Assembly: GCA_964637575.1 (NCBI GenBank) | Contig: CAZWVU010000002.1 | Span: 18,824 to 82,823, forward strand | Origin: an uncultured Candidatus Saccharibacteria bacterium | GTDB lineage: Bacteria > Patescibacteriota > Minisyncoccia > UBA6257 > WO2-44-18 | Length of the DNA: 64,000 bases | Direction: 5' to 3' | Shown here: one piece after another, positions 47,567 to 56,105 of the stretch | How the letters are laid out: each line of letters opens with the position of its first letter | Numbering within the stretch: the stretch's first letter is position 1 | The notes under the pieces: model-generated | The model's database searches: none | What the model saw: the letters and a program-made list of their open reading frames with translations, nothing else | What the model was told of the DNA's origin: nothing | Program-made: the position numbers and the translations under genes

Positions 47567-47608
47567 TTGTCAAGGATTCTTGACAAATAACTGCACGCAA
47601 GCTATATT
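47567..47608 (+). promoter_or_regulatory. near-consensus sigma70 promoter (TTGACA-17-TATATT) overlapped by perfect palindrome TTGTCAAG-GATT-CTTGACAA
   Basis: -35 TTGACA 47580-47585 is the right half of the 8-4-8 palindrome 47567-47586; -10 TATATT 47603-47608. Confidence 0.6.
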
Positions 47609-47614
47609 GTGGAG

Positions 47615-47808
47615 GCACTTTGATCGCTGGCCGCCGGCTTCCCGCCGCTACGGCCGGATACTCTGACTGCGGTCTGACGACCGCGCTCGCGCTAAGCCCC
47701 TCGCCCTCGGCTACGCGCGCTCTACGTTCTACGGGCGTTGCCGCTTCGGGTTGTTGACCCGCTGGCGGTAAAATTTCAAGCCCCGGGTGCGCACCCGGGG
47801 CTTTTTTA
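47615..47808 (+). ncRNA. candidate small non-coding RNA (~190 nt) between promoter and terminator, no credible ORF
   Basis: GC-rich, multiple internal hairpins (gcggtc-tgac-gaccgc etc.), CCGCCGGC near 5' end pairs with GCUGGCGG near 3' end; bounded by promoter above and terminator 47780-47810; only a 48-codon TTG-initiated low-complexity ORF possible. Confidence 0.35.
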
Positions 47809-47810
47809 TT
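47780..47810 (+). terminator. rho-independent terminator
   Basis: gccccgggtgcgcacccggggc + TTTTTTATTT. Confidence 0.75.
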
Positions 47811-48135
47811 TGCTGAAGATCAAGCTCTCTAATCCATTGGCGATCGCGTGGAACATCCAGACAAAAATACTTCCCACGCCTTTGAAAAGAATAAGCAGTA
47901 CGGACCAGATCGCATCGAGGAAGGTGCTGATCGGCTTGCCGGCTCCGGGAAGATTACTGCTGATAGTCTGGCTGTTCGATCCGAAATTAAAATCCTGCAG
48001 CATATTGAAGAAATTTTTCACCGGCGCCGGAATTACCGACCGGAGCTCCTGCAAGGTTGGAAGTGCCGCAAACGCGCGTGCGCCCAAGGCGAGCGTCCCG
48101 ATTAAAATACATGCCAGAATCAGATGTCGTTTCAC
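47806..48135 (-). CDS. hypothetical small secreted/membrane protein
   Basis: 109 aa; N-terminal signal peptide LILACILIGTLALGARAFA; 21 nt downstream of the M23 peptidase gene. Confidence 0.5.
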   Translation of the reverse strand: MKRHLILACILIGTLALGARAFAALPTLQELRSVIPAPVKNFFNMLQDFNFGSNSQTISSNLPGAGKPISTFLDAIWSVLLILFKGVGSIFVWMFHAIANGLESLIFSK

Positions 48136-48156
48136 TGTTTCAGTATAGCAGGGGCG

Positions 48157-49431
48157 TTAGCGGGTCGGGAAATAATCCTCGGGATTGATCGTAACGCCGA
48201 TCGGCACGAGGCCGGACACGCCGTCGAGTTTTTCCAGCTGGACGCCTTTGCCAAGCGACTGATCATCCCAGTAAAGGCCGAAGTGCAGGTGGGCGCCGTT
48301 GCCGCTGGAGCTGCTCTTCACAAATCCGGTGTTCCCGCTGTAGCCGATCAGCTGGCCTCGTTTTACCGTATCCCCCACGCTGACAATGGTATTCTTTGAA
48401 AGATGCGCGTACAGCGTCGCGAGATTATTGCCGAGGTGGATCAGGACATATTTCCCGTATTCAATGCGGCCGTTGTTGTCCACCGCGGTAACGGTGCCGT
48501 CGGCGACGGCGTACACCGGAGTTCCGATCACCGCGCCGAAGTCCACGCCGTTATGCGGCTTGCAGTGGTAGTACAGACATGAATAAGGCGTGAGGCCATA
48601 ATGCTGGGTAATGTAGGGATTCTGAAGCGGCCAGGCGATCATCCCGGGCTGCTTGGGAGGCAGCAGCGATTGGTTGAATGATTGCCGGAGCTCGGTTTCA
48701 ATCGCGTCGATCTCGTCGTTGATCTCCAGCTGCTTTTTCTGGAGATCGCTGATCTGCTGTTCATACACGCGCTCCTGATCCTGCGTTTGCGCGAGCAGAG
48801 TCTGCCGGTCGCTTTTCTGGTCCTGAATGATCGCTTTGCGGGCCTTGAGATTCAGTGCTTCTTCGGACATTTTCTGCTTTTTGTCAGTAGTTTCCGCCAA
48901 CTTTTCATTAAGCTGGCTGTTCAGGGTTTTTAAGTTCTGGAGCTCCAGCGCCAGCCCGCTGTTCAGTGTTTTGATATTTTCTCCTTCCTGGAAACCCGCC
49001 GCCAGGCTTTTGGTTTTAAGGAGAAGCATGAGAAGGCTTTCGTGATCTTTCTGATACAACTCCCGGACAAGTTCAATGACGGCGGTTTTCTTGGTCGTGA
49101 TCGCCGCGGTGATATCGTTGATATCCAGCTGGGTGGCCTGCAGCTCCAGGCCGAGTTTATCAATGTTGATCTGGCTGGATTTAATCCCCAGGTTCAACTG
49201 ACTGATGCTGTAATCAATGCTTTTTAATTGTTGTGTAAGGGAATTTTTCTGCCCCTGCGCCGCCTCCAATTGCTTGGAAATCGTGAGGATCTGGCTGTTA
49301 ATTTCGCTCAATCCTTTCGCCTTATCCGCAATCGCCTGTTTCAGTTCTTCCGCCGTGGCGGCTGAAGCAGTGATCGGAAGCGCGCCGGCCAGAAAAATAA
49401 AAAGCAGGATGCCGACGTTAATCTTCCTCAT
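48157..49431 (-). CDS. M23 family peptidase with N-terminal coiled coil (EnvC-like)
   Basis: 424 aa; signal peptide, long coiled-coil, C-terminal HxxxD...NTGFV...GAHLHFGLY M23 motifs. Confidence 0.85.
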   Translation of the reverse strand: MRKINVGILLFIFLAGALPITASAATAEELKQAIADKAKGLSEINSQILTISKQLEAAQGQKNSLTQQLKSIDYSISQLNLGIKSSQINIDKLGLELQATQLDINDITAAITTKKTAVIELVRELYQKDHESLLMLLLKTKSLAAGFQEGENIKTLNSGLALELQNLKTLNSQLNEKLAETTDKKQKMSEEALNLKARKAIIQDQKSDRQTLLAQTQDQERVYEQQISDLQKKQLEINDEIDAIETELRQSFNQSLLPPKQPGMIAWPLQNPYITQHYGLTPYSCLYYHCKPHNGVDFGAVIGTPVYAVADGTVTAVDNNGRIEYGKYVLIHLGNNLATLYAHLSKNTIVSVGDTVKRGQLIGYSGNTGFVKSSSSGNGAHLHFGLYWDDQSLGKGVQLEKLDGVSGLVPIGVTINPEDYFPTR

Positions 49432-50827
49432 GCGTGGTGAGTTTATCTATCGCAATCTGAATGCGGCGGATCGATTCCTTTTTCCCGAGCGCATCCATGA
49501 TTTCAAACGGACCGGGCGATGCCTCCTGTCCGGACACGGCGACCCGGAGCGGCCAGAGCACGTCGCCCTTTCCCCGTGCTTCGGCAAGCGGCAGCACTAC
49601 CGCCTCGATATCCGGCTTTGAAAATACGGAATCCTTCATGGCGCCGACTTTTTTTTCTATTTCCTGCAGATTTTCCCGCGCGGACTGGCGCGTGGACTTT
49701 TTCCAGATCAGCGTCTTGGCTTCATAATCCGGAAGTTCATAAAAGAAACCTGCCAGTTCTTTGAACTCGCCCAGCCGCCGCATCCGCTCTTTCGTCAATT
49801 CCACGATTTTCAAATTTTCTTCACTGATCTTCAGGCCAAGTAATTTTGCCAGTTCTTTCGCGCCCCGCTGTTTGATGTATTGCGCGTTGAACCAGTCCAG
49901 CTTGTCGGTATCAAAGACTGCGCCGGCCTTCTGGACCCGGGCCAGATCAAATTCTTTCGCCAACTCTTCGCGCGTAAGTATCTCCCGATCGCCTTGCGGG
50001 TGCCAGCCCAGAAGGGCGGTAAAATTCACAAGTGCCTCGGATAAATAGCCCTGCTCCCGGTATTCCTGAATGGCCGTGGCGGAAAAACGCTTGGACATTT
50101 TGCTCCGGTCGGGATTCAGGATCAGCGGCAGATGAGCATACGCGGGACGCGTAAATTGGAGCGCCTCCTGAATGCAAATCTGGCGCGGCGTATTCGCGAG
50201 ATGTTCTTCGCCGCGGATTACGTGGGAGATTTTCATATCCTCATCGTCTACCACCACTGCAAAATTATAGAGGGGCGAGCGCTCGTCTTTCGCGATGACG
50301 ATATCCCCGATCAGCGTTCCGTCGAAAGAAACTTCGCCGCGGATGATGTCCTGGAAGGAGATTTTCTCCTGCGGGATGCGGAAGCGGATTACGGATGCCC
50401 CGCCGGATTTCTTTTTCGCCGCCGCCTCTTCCTGCGAACGCGCACCGCACTTCCCGCTGTAACGCGGCGCCACTCCTTCTTTCTGCTGACGCTCCCGTTC
50501 GGCATCAAGCTCTTCTTTCGTGCAGAAACAATAATATGCTTTTCCCGAGGAAAGCAGGGCCCGGAGATGTTTTTCATATACGTCGAGCCGGTCGGTCTGA
50601 CGGATCGGACCCTCATCCCAGTCGAGGCCGAGCCATTTCAGGCCTTCGATAATATTTTCTTCAAAACGTTTTTCGGATCGTTCAAGATCAGTATCTTCAA
50701 TGCGAAGAATGAATTTTCCGCCATGGTGGCGGGCGAACAGCCAGTTAAAAAGCGCCGTGCGGGCGGTGCCGACGTGGAGATACCCGGTGGGGCTGGGGGC
50801 GATGCGTACTCGTACTTCTTGTTTCAT
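49418..50827 (-). CDS. gltX: glutamyl-tRNA synthetase
   Basis: RIAPSPTGYLHVGTARTA (HIGH), KMSKR (KMSKS). Confidence 0.93.
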   Translation of the reverse strand: MKQEVRVRIAPSPTGYLHVGTARTALFNWLFARHHGGKFILRIEDTDLERSEKRFEENIIEGLKWLGLDWDEGPIRQTDRLDVYEKHLRALLSSGKAYYCFCTKEELDAERERQQKEGVAPRYSGKCGARSQEEAAAKKKSGGASVIRFRIPQEKISFQDIIRGEVSFDGTLIGDIVIAKDERSPLYNFAVVVDDEDMKISHVIRGEEHLANTPRQICIQEALQFTRPAYAHLPLILNPDRSKMSKRFSATAIQEYREQGYLSEALVNFTALLGWHPQGDREILTREELAKEFDLARVQKAGAVFDTDKLDWFNAQYIKQRGAKELAKLLGLKISEENLKIVELTKERMRRLGEFKELAGFFYELPDYEAKTLIWKKSTRQSARENLQEIEKKVGAMKDSVFSKPDIEAVVLPLAEARGKGDVLWPLRVAVSGQEASPGPFEIMDALGKKESIRRIQIAIDKLTTHEED

Positions 50828-50836
50828 AAGGGTGGC

Positions 50837-51973
50837 TTATGCCTGCCACAAGGATAATATATCCGAGGCTATTTTGTCAGCTGCCCCGGGTGTGGCGAAA
50901 TCCCCGGCGGCACCCGCCATTTTTTTCCACACCCCGGCGCTGCCGAGAATTTTTTCAATCTGGGTCAGGAAAATGCTCGGAAGGAGGTTTTCCTGCTCGA
51001 TCACGACCGCGGCGCCGGTCTCGGCATAGGCATAGGCGTTGGATTTCTGGTGGTCGGCCGCCGCTTCCGGAAACGGCACGATAATTGACGGCTTACCCTT
51101 GGCCGCTATTTCAAAAATGGCGCCGGCGCCGCCGCGCGACACGATCAGGTCCGCGGCATCCATCGCCCGGCTGACGTCATCCAGGTATTCTGAAAACACG
51201 TAATTTTTCTTGAGAATCGGTGAGAAATTTTTGGTAATAAAATCGTACTGCGCCTTATACTCCCTGAATTTTTCTTTTCCCACGGAATGGATTACCTGAA
51301 ACTTCAGAAGCAGAGATTCAAGATTACCGATGACAAAATCATTCATCCGGTTTGAACCCTGCGAGCCGGCAAGAAACAACACCACCGGCTTCTCCGGATC
51401 AAGGCCGAATGTGCGTTTGGCCTCCTCGCTGGAAACGCGCGTAAGAAATTCCTGGCGAACAGGATTGCCTACAATCACCAGCCGGCCGCCGGGTTTTTTG
51501 AAGTACGGCACCGCCGAACTGAACGCGACATCGATCACCTTCGCGAACCGCGCGGAAATAGAATTGCTCAGCCCCGGAACGGTGTCGGATTCGTGGATGG
51601 CCAGCGGTATGAAATAAAAACGGGATGCCAGCACGATCGAGAGGGCGCCGGGGCCGCCTTTGGAAAACACCACGTCGGGCATGAACCAATATAATTTCCA
51701 AAGACCCTGAAAAAAACCGGCAAAGAATTTGAAAAAATCAACAATGTTCAGCAGGGAAAAATACCGCCGCAACTTGCTGCTGGGGATGTGGGAAATCCGG
51801 ATCTCCTGCGCGGCCAGCATTCCGGCGTAGCTTCCCGGCTGGCCGAAATACCGGAAATCGGCCTGAAAACCGTTCCGAAGCGCCCATTCCCGGAGCTTTG
51901 CCGCAACCGCAAGAATCGGATATATGTGTCCGCCCGTTCCCCCGCCGGTAAATAAAATGCGAAGCTTCTTCAT
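50837..51973 (-). CDS. murG: undecaprenyl-PP-MurNAc-pentapeptide N-acetylglucosamine transferase
   Basis: Start at MKKLRILFTGGGTGGHIYP (GT28 N-terminal G-loop); 5' ORF extension discarded. Confidence 0.9.
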   Translation of the reverse strand: MKKLRILFTGGGTGGHIYPILAVAAKLREWALRNGFQADFRYFGQPGSYAGMLAAQEIRISHIPSSKLRRYFSLLNIVDFFKFFAGFFQGLWKLYWFMPDVVFSKGGPGALSIVLASRFYFIPLAIHESDTVPGLSNSISARFAKVIDVAFSSAVPYFKKPGGRLVIVGNPVRQEFLTRVSSEEAKRTFGLDPEKPVVLFLAGSQGSNRMNDFVIGNLESLLLKFQVIHSVGKEKFREYKAQYDFITKNFSPILKKNYVFSEYLDDVSRAMDAADLIVSRGGAGAIFEIAAKGKPSIIVPFPEAAADHQKSNAYAYAETGAAVVIEQENLLPSIFLTQIEKILGSAGVWKKMAGAAGDFATPGAADKIASDILSLWQA

Positions 51974-52011
51974 AACGGATAATAATGAAATTATAACACA
52001 ACAAAGCCCGA

Positions 52012-52476
52012 CTACGGTCGGGCTTGCATGGTATCGGCGCGCCATACGGTCGCCTCCATGATAACTTTTTTTGATTGCGCGAGCTCTTTGACGAGGACGC
52101 GTGCGCCGATGATGAGCGCGGGGTCCGGCCGGGGAGCAATGGCGCTGATCGCCGGTTCGTATTCCTTCCGTGCGAAAGACTTCCAGCGCTGTTCCGCATA
52201 CACCGCGAAAAAGGCGTAATGCGGTTCACCTTTCAATCCCCAGAATTTCAAGATTCTGTGTCTGCCGAAAAATGCAAACTCCTGGCCGGCGAGCACTCCT
52301 TTGCCGTCTTCGTAAATATCGATATAGCCAAGCCAGTTGGCACGGCCCTCATGTCCTTTTTGAAACGGCAGGTGGCGAAACTGATCCACGCCAATCGCCC
52401 GGAACACGGAATCGCGCCGCGCGGGCGGCCATGTAGAAAAGTCCGGAGGCGTTGTTTTCCAGTCGAACATAGCCAA
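52012..52476 (-). CDS. hypothetical protein (154 aa) inserted between ftsW and murG
   Basis: No family recognised (…LGYIDIYEDGKGVLAGQEFAFFGRHRILKFWGLKGEPHYAFFAVY…). Confidence 0.5.
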   Translation of the reverse strand: MAMFDWKTTPPDFSTWPPARRDSVFRAIGVDQFRHLPFQKGHEGRANWLGYIDIYEDGKGVLAGQEFAFFGRHRILKFWGLKGEPHYAFFAVYAEQRWKSFARKEYEPAISAIAPRPDPALIIGARVLVKELAQSKKVIMEATVWRADTMQARP

Positions 52477-52504
52477 CCTCTTACAAACTGCTTGCTTCAG
52501 TATA

Positions 52505-53587
52505 TCAGGAATATCTGGATATGTTACTAACTATGCCACCGATCGTCATAAACACGGCGAGCGCGGTGCCGCCATAGCTGATGAATGGCAGGGGCACGCC
52601 GGTCAGCGGCAGAATCCCGGAAATGGCCCCGATGTTCACGAACACCTGGAGACTGATAAGCGACCCGTATCCCACCAGAAGCAGTTTCCCGAATTTGTCG
52701 CTGGTTTTCCGTGCTAGCAGGAAAATCCGCATAACGAGGATGCCGAACAGCGTGATGAGCGATATGGATCCGATAAAGCCGAATTCCTCCGCCAGGACCG
52801 CAAAGATGGAATCGCCGATCGGCTCCGGCAACGCGCTGATTTTTGTCGTCGATTGGCCGTATCCCACTCCGGCAATGCCGCCGGCGCCGATCGCATTCAA
52901 TGCCTGATTAAGATGGTATCCGCCCGCAAGCGGATCGGCGTTGGGTTTCAGGAAATTGGTGATCCGCTGCATGCGGTACGGCGTGGCCACGATCAGCGCC
53001 GCGATGATGGCTCCCATCACCGCGCAAAAAATTCCAATATGCCAGAGCCGCGCACCGCTCACAAAATACACGATCATCGCGGACAGGAAGAGAATCACCA
53101 CGGTAGATGTCGCCGGCTGTTTGAGTAAAAGTCCGCATACCAGCAATAAAAGCGCCATCATCGGAACGGTCCCCTGCCAGAAATTATTGGTGCGGCGGCG
53201 CTGGCCGGAAAGCCAGGCGGCGAGATACAGGATCACTGTCAGCTTCGCGAATTCCGCCGGCTGGAAAGTAACCGGTCCGAGTCGCACCCAGCGCTCGGCT
53301 CCGCCCGCCTGGAATCCCAAAGGTGTAAATACCAGCGTAAGGAAGACGATGCTGATCAGGAGCAGCGGCACCGCGAATTTCTGATAGCGGCGGTAATGCA
53401 TTTTGTAGGCAATGAAAAATCCGAGGATGCCGAAACTTAACCCGTAATAAATCTGGTGTTTCAGATAATAAAAACTGTCTCCAAACTTGCTCTCGCCGAG
53501 ATTGGAAGAGGCGCTATTGAGGACGACTAGCCCCAGCAGCACCAAGAATGCCAGGCAGGCCAGTATTACATAATCGGGCTTATGCAT
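52505..53587 (-). CDS. ftsW: SEDS family protein FtsW/RodA
   Basis: 360 aa, ~10 TM, FtsW/RodA conserved periplasmic loop; dcw context with murG. Confidence 0.88.
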   Translation of the reverse strand: MHKPDYVILACLAFLVLLGLVVLNSASSNLGESKFGDSFYYLKHQIYYGLSFGILGFFIAYKMHYRRYQKFAVPLLLISIVFLTLVFTPLGFQAGGAERWVRLGPVTFQPAEFAKLTVILYLAAWLSGQRRRTNNFWQGTVPMMALLLLVCGLLLKQPATSTVVILFLSAMIVYFVSGARLWHIGIFCAVMGAIIAALIVATPYRMQRITNFLKPNADPLAGGYHLNQALNAIGAGGIAGVGYGQSTTKISALPEPIGDSIFAVLAEEFGFIGSISLITLFGILVMRIFLLARKTSDKFGKLLLVGYGSLISLQVFVNIGAISGILPLTGVPLPFISYGGTALAVFMTIGGIVSNISRYS

Positions 53588-53591
53588 TTTC

Positions 53592-55100
53592 CTAACTCTT
53601 TTTCAGAATTTTTCCCGCCATGACGGGCAGAAGCGTTCCTTCCTGTACCGCCGGTTTGCCGTTGACCAGCACATGGGCAACGGAAACCACTCCGGATTTG
53701 ATGGAAATGAGATTGCAGTCAGCGGCGTATCCCTCGGCGATCCGGCCCCGATCCTTCAGGCCGAATATCCGGGCCGGCACGTCGGTGATTTTTTCGATCG
53801 CCTGCGGCAGGGAAAGCGTTTTCGCGCGCAATACGATTTCCAGAAACTTCGGGAATGTTTTCAAAAAACGGTCGTGTTTGATTGCTTTCGCACGCCCCGG
53901 CAAACTGGCGCCGTTGGAAGCGATCAGCACCTGGTCACGTTCCAGATTCTGGGTCAGCACGTCCAGGTTGATATTGCGGTAAAACACCGTGGCGCGGAGA
54001 CCGGTTACTTTCATCACCCGGAGCAGCGCTTCGGCGGCGCTCACCTCCTGCGAGTCGGCGATCTGATGAATCGTCTTGCCAAGCAGGTACTCCCGGCCTG
54101 GCGCCTGGGAAATCCTGATGTCGTCGCCCTTATGCCGGGCCAGATCCTTCAGCAGCCGCGCTCTGGTTTCCGGATTTTCAATATAGGAACCCATGGTTTC
54201 CAGAGTGCCGACCTTCGCCCATGCCGGCAGAAGCGTATAGATAGGAACGACTGTTTCTCCGAACGGATAACAATCGACGTAGATATCGGCTTCCCGTGCC
54301 CGCTGATGGATCAGCTCCAGCGCTTTCCGGTAATCATGTTCGAAACCGATAAGGGGTTTGAAGTGACTGATCAGAGCCTGCACGCCGGTTTCTTCCGCCA
54401 GTTGGATTGTTTCCGCGACGGAAGCCGCCACCCCCTCTTCCTCATTGCGAAGATGCGTCGCGTACACGCCGCCGCGCTTCGCCACCACGGCCGCGAGTTC
54501 TTTCAGTTCCGAATACGGAATCCGACCGCCGTGCGCATACCCAAGCCCGGTGGACAATCCGAACGCTCCCTCTTTCATCGCCTGCTCAACCACGTACTTG
54601 AAACTTTGCAGCTCCGGCATAGTAAGATCGCGCGCGTCCTCCCCAACCATCGCCCGGCGGATCGTGGAATGCCCGATCAGTGTCCCGAAATTCACGCCGA
54701 GCGGCCGCCGGTCCAGCACTTTTAAAAATTCCGCCATAGTATGCCAGTTGATGTTGACCTGGCTGGTATCCGTCCACTTGCGGATCGATTCCAGACTTCC
54801 ATACAAAAGCGGCGCCAGCGACGAGCCGCAATGGCCGCCGAAAATCGTCGTGACCCCCTGCAGCAAAAAATCCTGCTGTTCCGGATCGGTAAACAGCGAA
54901 AGTTGGTGGTCGGAATCGGTATTGACGTCAATAAATCCCGGCGTGAGGTAGAGGCCGAGACCGTCAATCACCACGTCCGCTTTTTTGCCGGGAAATTTCC
55001 CGATCGCGGAAATTTTGCCGTCCGAAATCAAAACATCGGCCGCGTACGGCGTCTTTTTCCCGGTGCCATCCACAACCTTGGCTCCTTTGATAAGGACCAT
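53592..55100 (-). CDS. amidohydrolase-superfamily enzyme, D-aminoacylase (N-acyl-D-amino-acid deacylase)-like
   Basis: 502 aa; MVLIKGAKVVDGTG...GFIDVNTDSDHQ... metal-binding start typical of D-aminoacylases. Confidence 0.7.
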   Translation of the reverse strand: MVLIKGAKVVDGTGKKTPYAADVLISDGKISAIGKFPGKKADVVIDGLGLYLTPGFIDVNTDSDHQLSLFTDPEQQDFLLQGVTTIFGGHCGSSLAPLLYGSLESIRKWTDTSQVNINWHTMAEFLKVLDRRPLGVNFGTLIGHSTIRRAMVGEDARDLTMPELQSFKYVVEQAMKEGAFGLSTGLGYAHGGRIPYSELKELAAVVAKRGGVYATHLRNEEEGVAASVAETIQLAEETGVQALISHFKPLIGFEHDYRKALELIHQRAREADIYVDCYPFGETVVPIYTLLPAWAKVGTLETMGSYIENPETRARLLKDLARHKGDDIRISQAPGREYLLGKTIHQIADSQEVSAAEALLRVMKVTGLRATVFYRNINLDVLTQNLERDQVLIASNGASLPGRAKAIKHDRFLKTFPKFLEIVLRAKTLSLPQAIEKITDVPARIFGLKDRGRIAEGYAADCNLISIKSGVVSVAHVLVNGKPAVQEGTLLPVMAGKILKKS

Positions 55101-55196
55101 CTTACTAAAAGTATATCATACGGCTTGCCTGTCCCGGCCGCCGCCAACCTCTCGTCGGACTCGGACATCCGGGAATTTCCTCGGGCTGACTCGCCC

Positions 55197-55255
55197 CTGC
55201 CTCCTTCTCCTCGCCAGGACGTCGGGCTACAATCCTGCCTGCGGGAAGGAGGCAG
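55197..55255 (+). repeat. structured repeat family 1, copy 4
   Basis: CTGCCTCCTTC-TCCTCGCCAGGACGTCGGGCTACAATCCTGCCTGCGG-GAAGGAGGCAG. Confidence 0.8.
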
Positions 55256-55323
55256 GAGCTTCCAACTTTTCTAACCGCGGAATTTCTTTGGTTACCTCGC
55301 TGGATTTCTTTCTGTCATTGCGA

Positions 55324-55351
55324 TCCCTCACATAGAATCCTATGTGAGGGA
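55324..55351. other. perfect 12-bp stem hairpin (TCCCTCACATAG-aatc-CTATGTGAGGGA)
   Basis: palindrome in 327-bp intergenic region between amidohydrolase and Zn-ribbon gene. Confidence 0.6.
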
Positions 55352-55427
55352 GAAGCAATCTTACATTTAAATGTTCTTATCGGCGTCGCGTTTTTTTAAA
55401 TAAAGGAAAACCGACCATCATGGTCGG

Positions 55428-55712
55428 TTATAAGAGTTTGATTCCACAGTCGGGACAGTAGCCGTAGGGAGATGTTCCGCCGCGTTCTTTTCTCTCGAGC
55501 GCGATGATCGCCCGGAGGAAGTCATGGTGGCAGGAGTTGCAGGTGCCGCCAAAAAATTCTTGATCTTCTTCCCGGCGCTTCGCCATTTCTATAATGCTGT
55601 CAGCGTCAAGGCGAACCGGCATTTTGGCGCCGCAGGAATTGCAAAATCTCGCAATTTTTCCGAGTTTTCTCGGACATCCCGGGCACTGAATAAGTCCGGT
55701 GGCGTTACTCAT
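55428..55712 (-). CDS. hypothetical double zinc-ribbon protein (94 aa)
   Basis: CPGC...CNSC and CNSC...CPDC; start at internal ATG with AGGAG RBS. Confidence 0.5.
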   Translation of the reverse strand: MSNATGLIQCPGCPRKLGKIARFCNSCGAKMPVRLDADSIIEMAKRREEDQEFFGGTCNSCHHDFLRAIIALERKERGGTSPYGYCPDCGIKLL

Positions 55713-55811
55713 TCGCCGCTCCTTTCGGACACAAAGGGCAATCGGCGCGCGTACGTCCCGCCGGCGCTTCCAGGGGAAAATTCTGCCGGCGCACTGCGGC
55801 ATCGCGGCGCC

Positions 55812-56072
55812 TTAGAACCATCCGACATACCAATCCTCCAAGACGTGCGAGGCAATAGCCGCCGACAAGGCAAGCCAGAACAAATAGGGGCGCATGCGCA
55901 ACTCGTCCGTCTTTGTGGCCGAAAAAAAGCGTAATATGATCCAGATCGATTGCAACAGCAACCACGCCGCCGCATACGCAAGCAAGAAATGTAAAAACGG
56001 AGCGCGGAGCATGTACGACCAGTTTATGATAGGCCAATGAAGCTCGATTCCATCCAGTGCGCACATCGGCAC
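55812..56072 (-). CDS. hypothetical small membrane protein (2 TM)
   Basis: 86 aa, hydrophobic; downstream of mraY. Confidence 0.4.
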   Translation of the reverse strand: MPMCALDGIELHWPIINWSYMLRAPFLHFLLAYAAAWLLLQSIWIILRFFSATKTDELRMRPYLFWLALSAAIASHVLEDWYVGWF

Positions 56073-56105
56073 CTCGTGTTAAGCAGCTAAAAAAATAATA
56101 CGACT

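Noticed and set aside
47275-47583. 102-aa ORF inside the long non-coding region upstream of the candidate sRNA
   Set aside because: No RBS, odd composition, and it spans hairpins and inverted repeats. The region is better explained as structured non-coding DNA.
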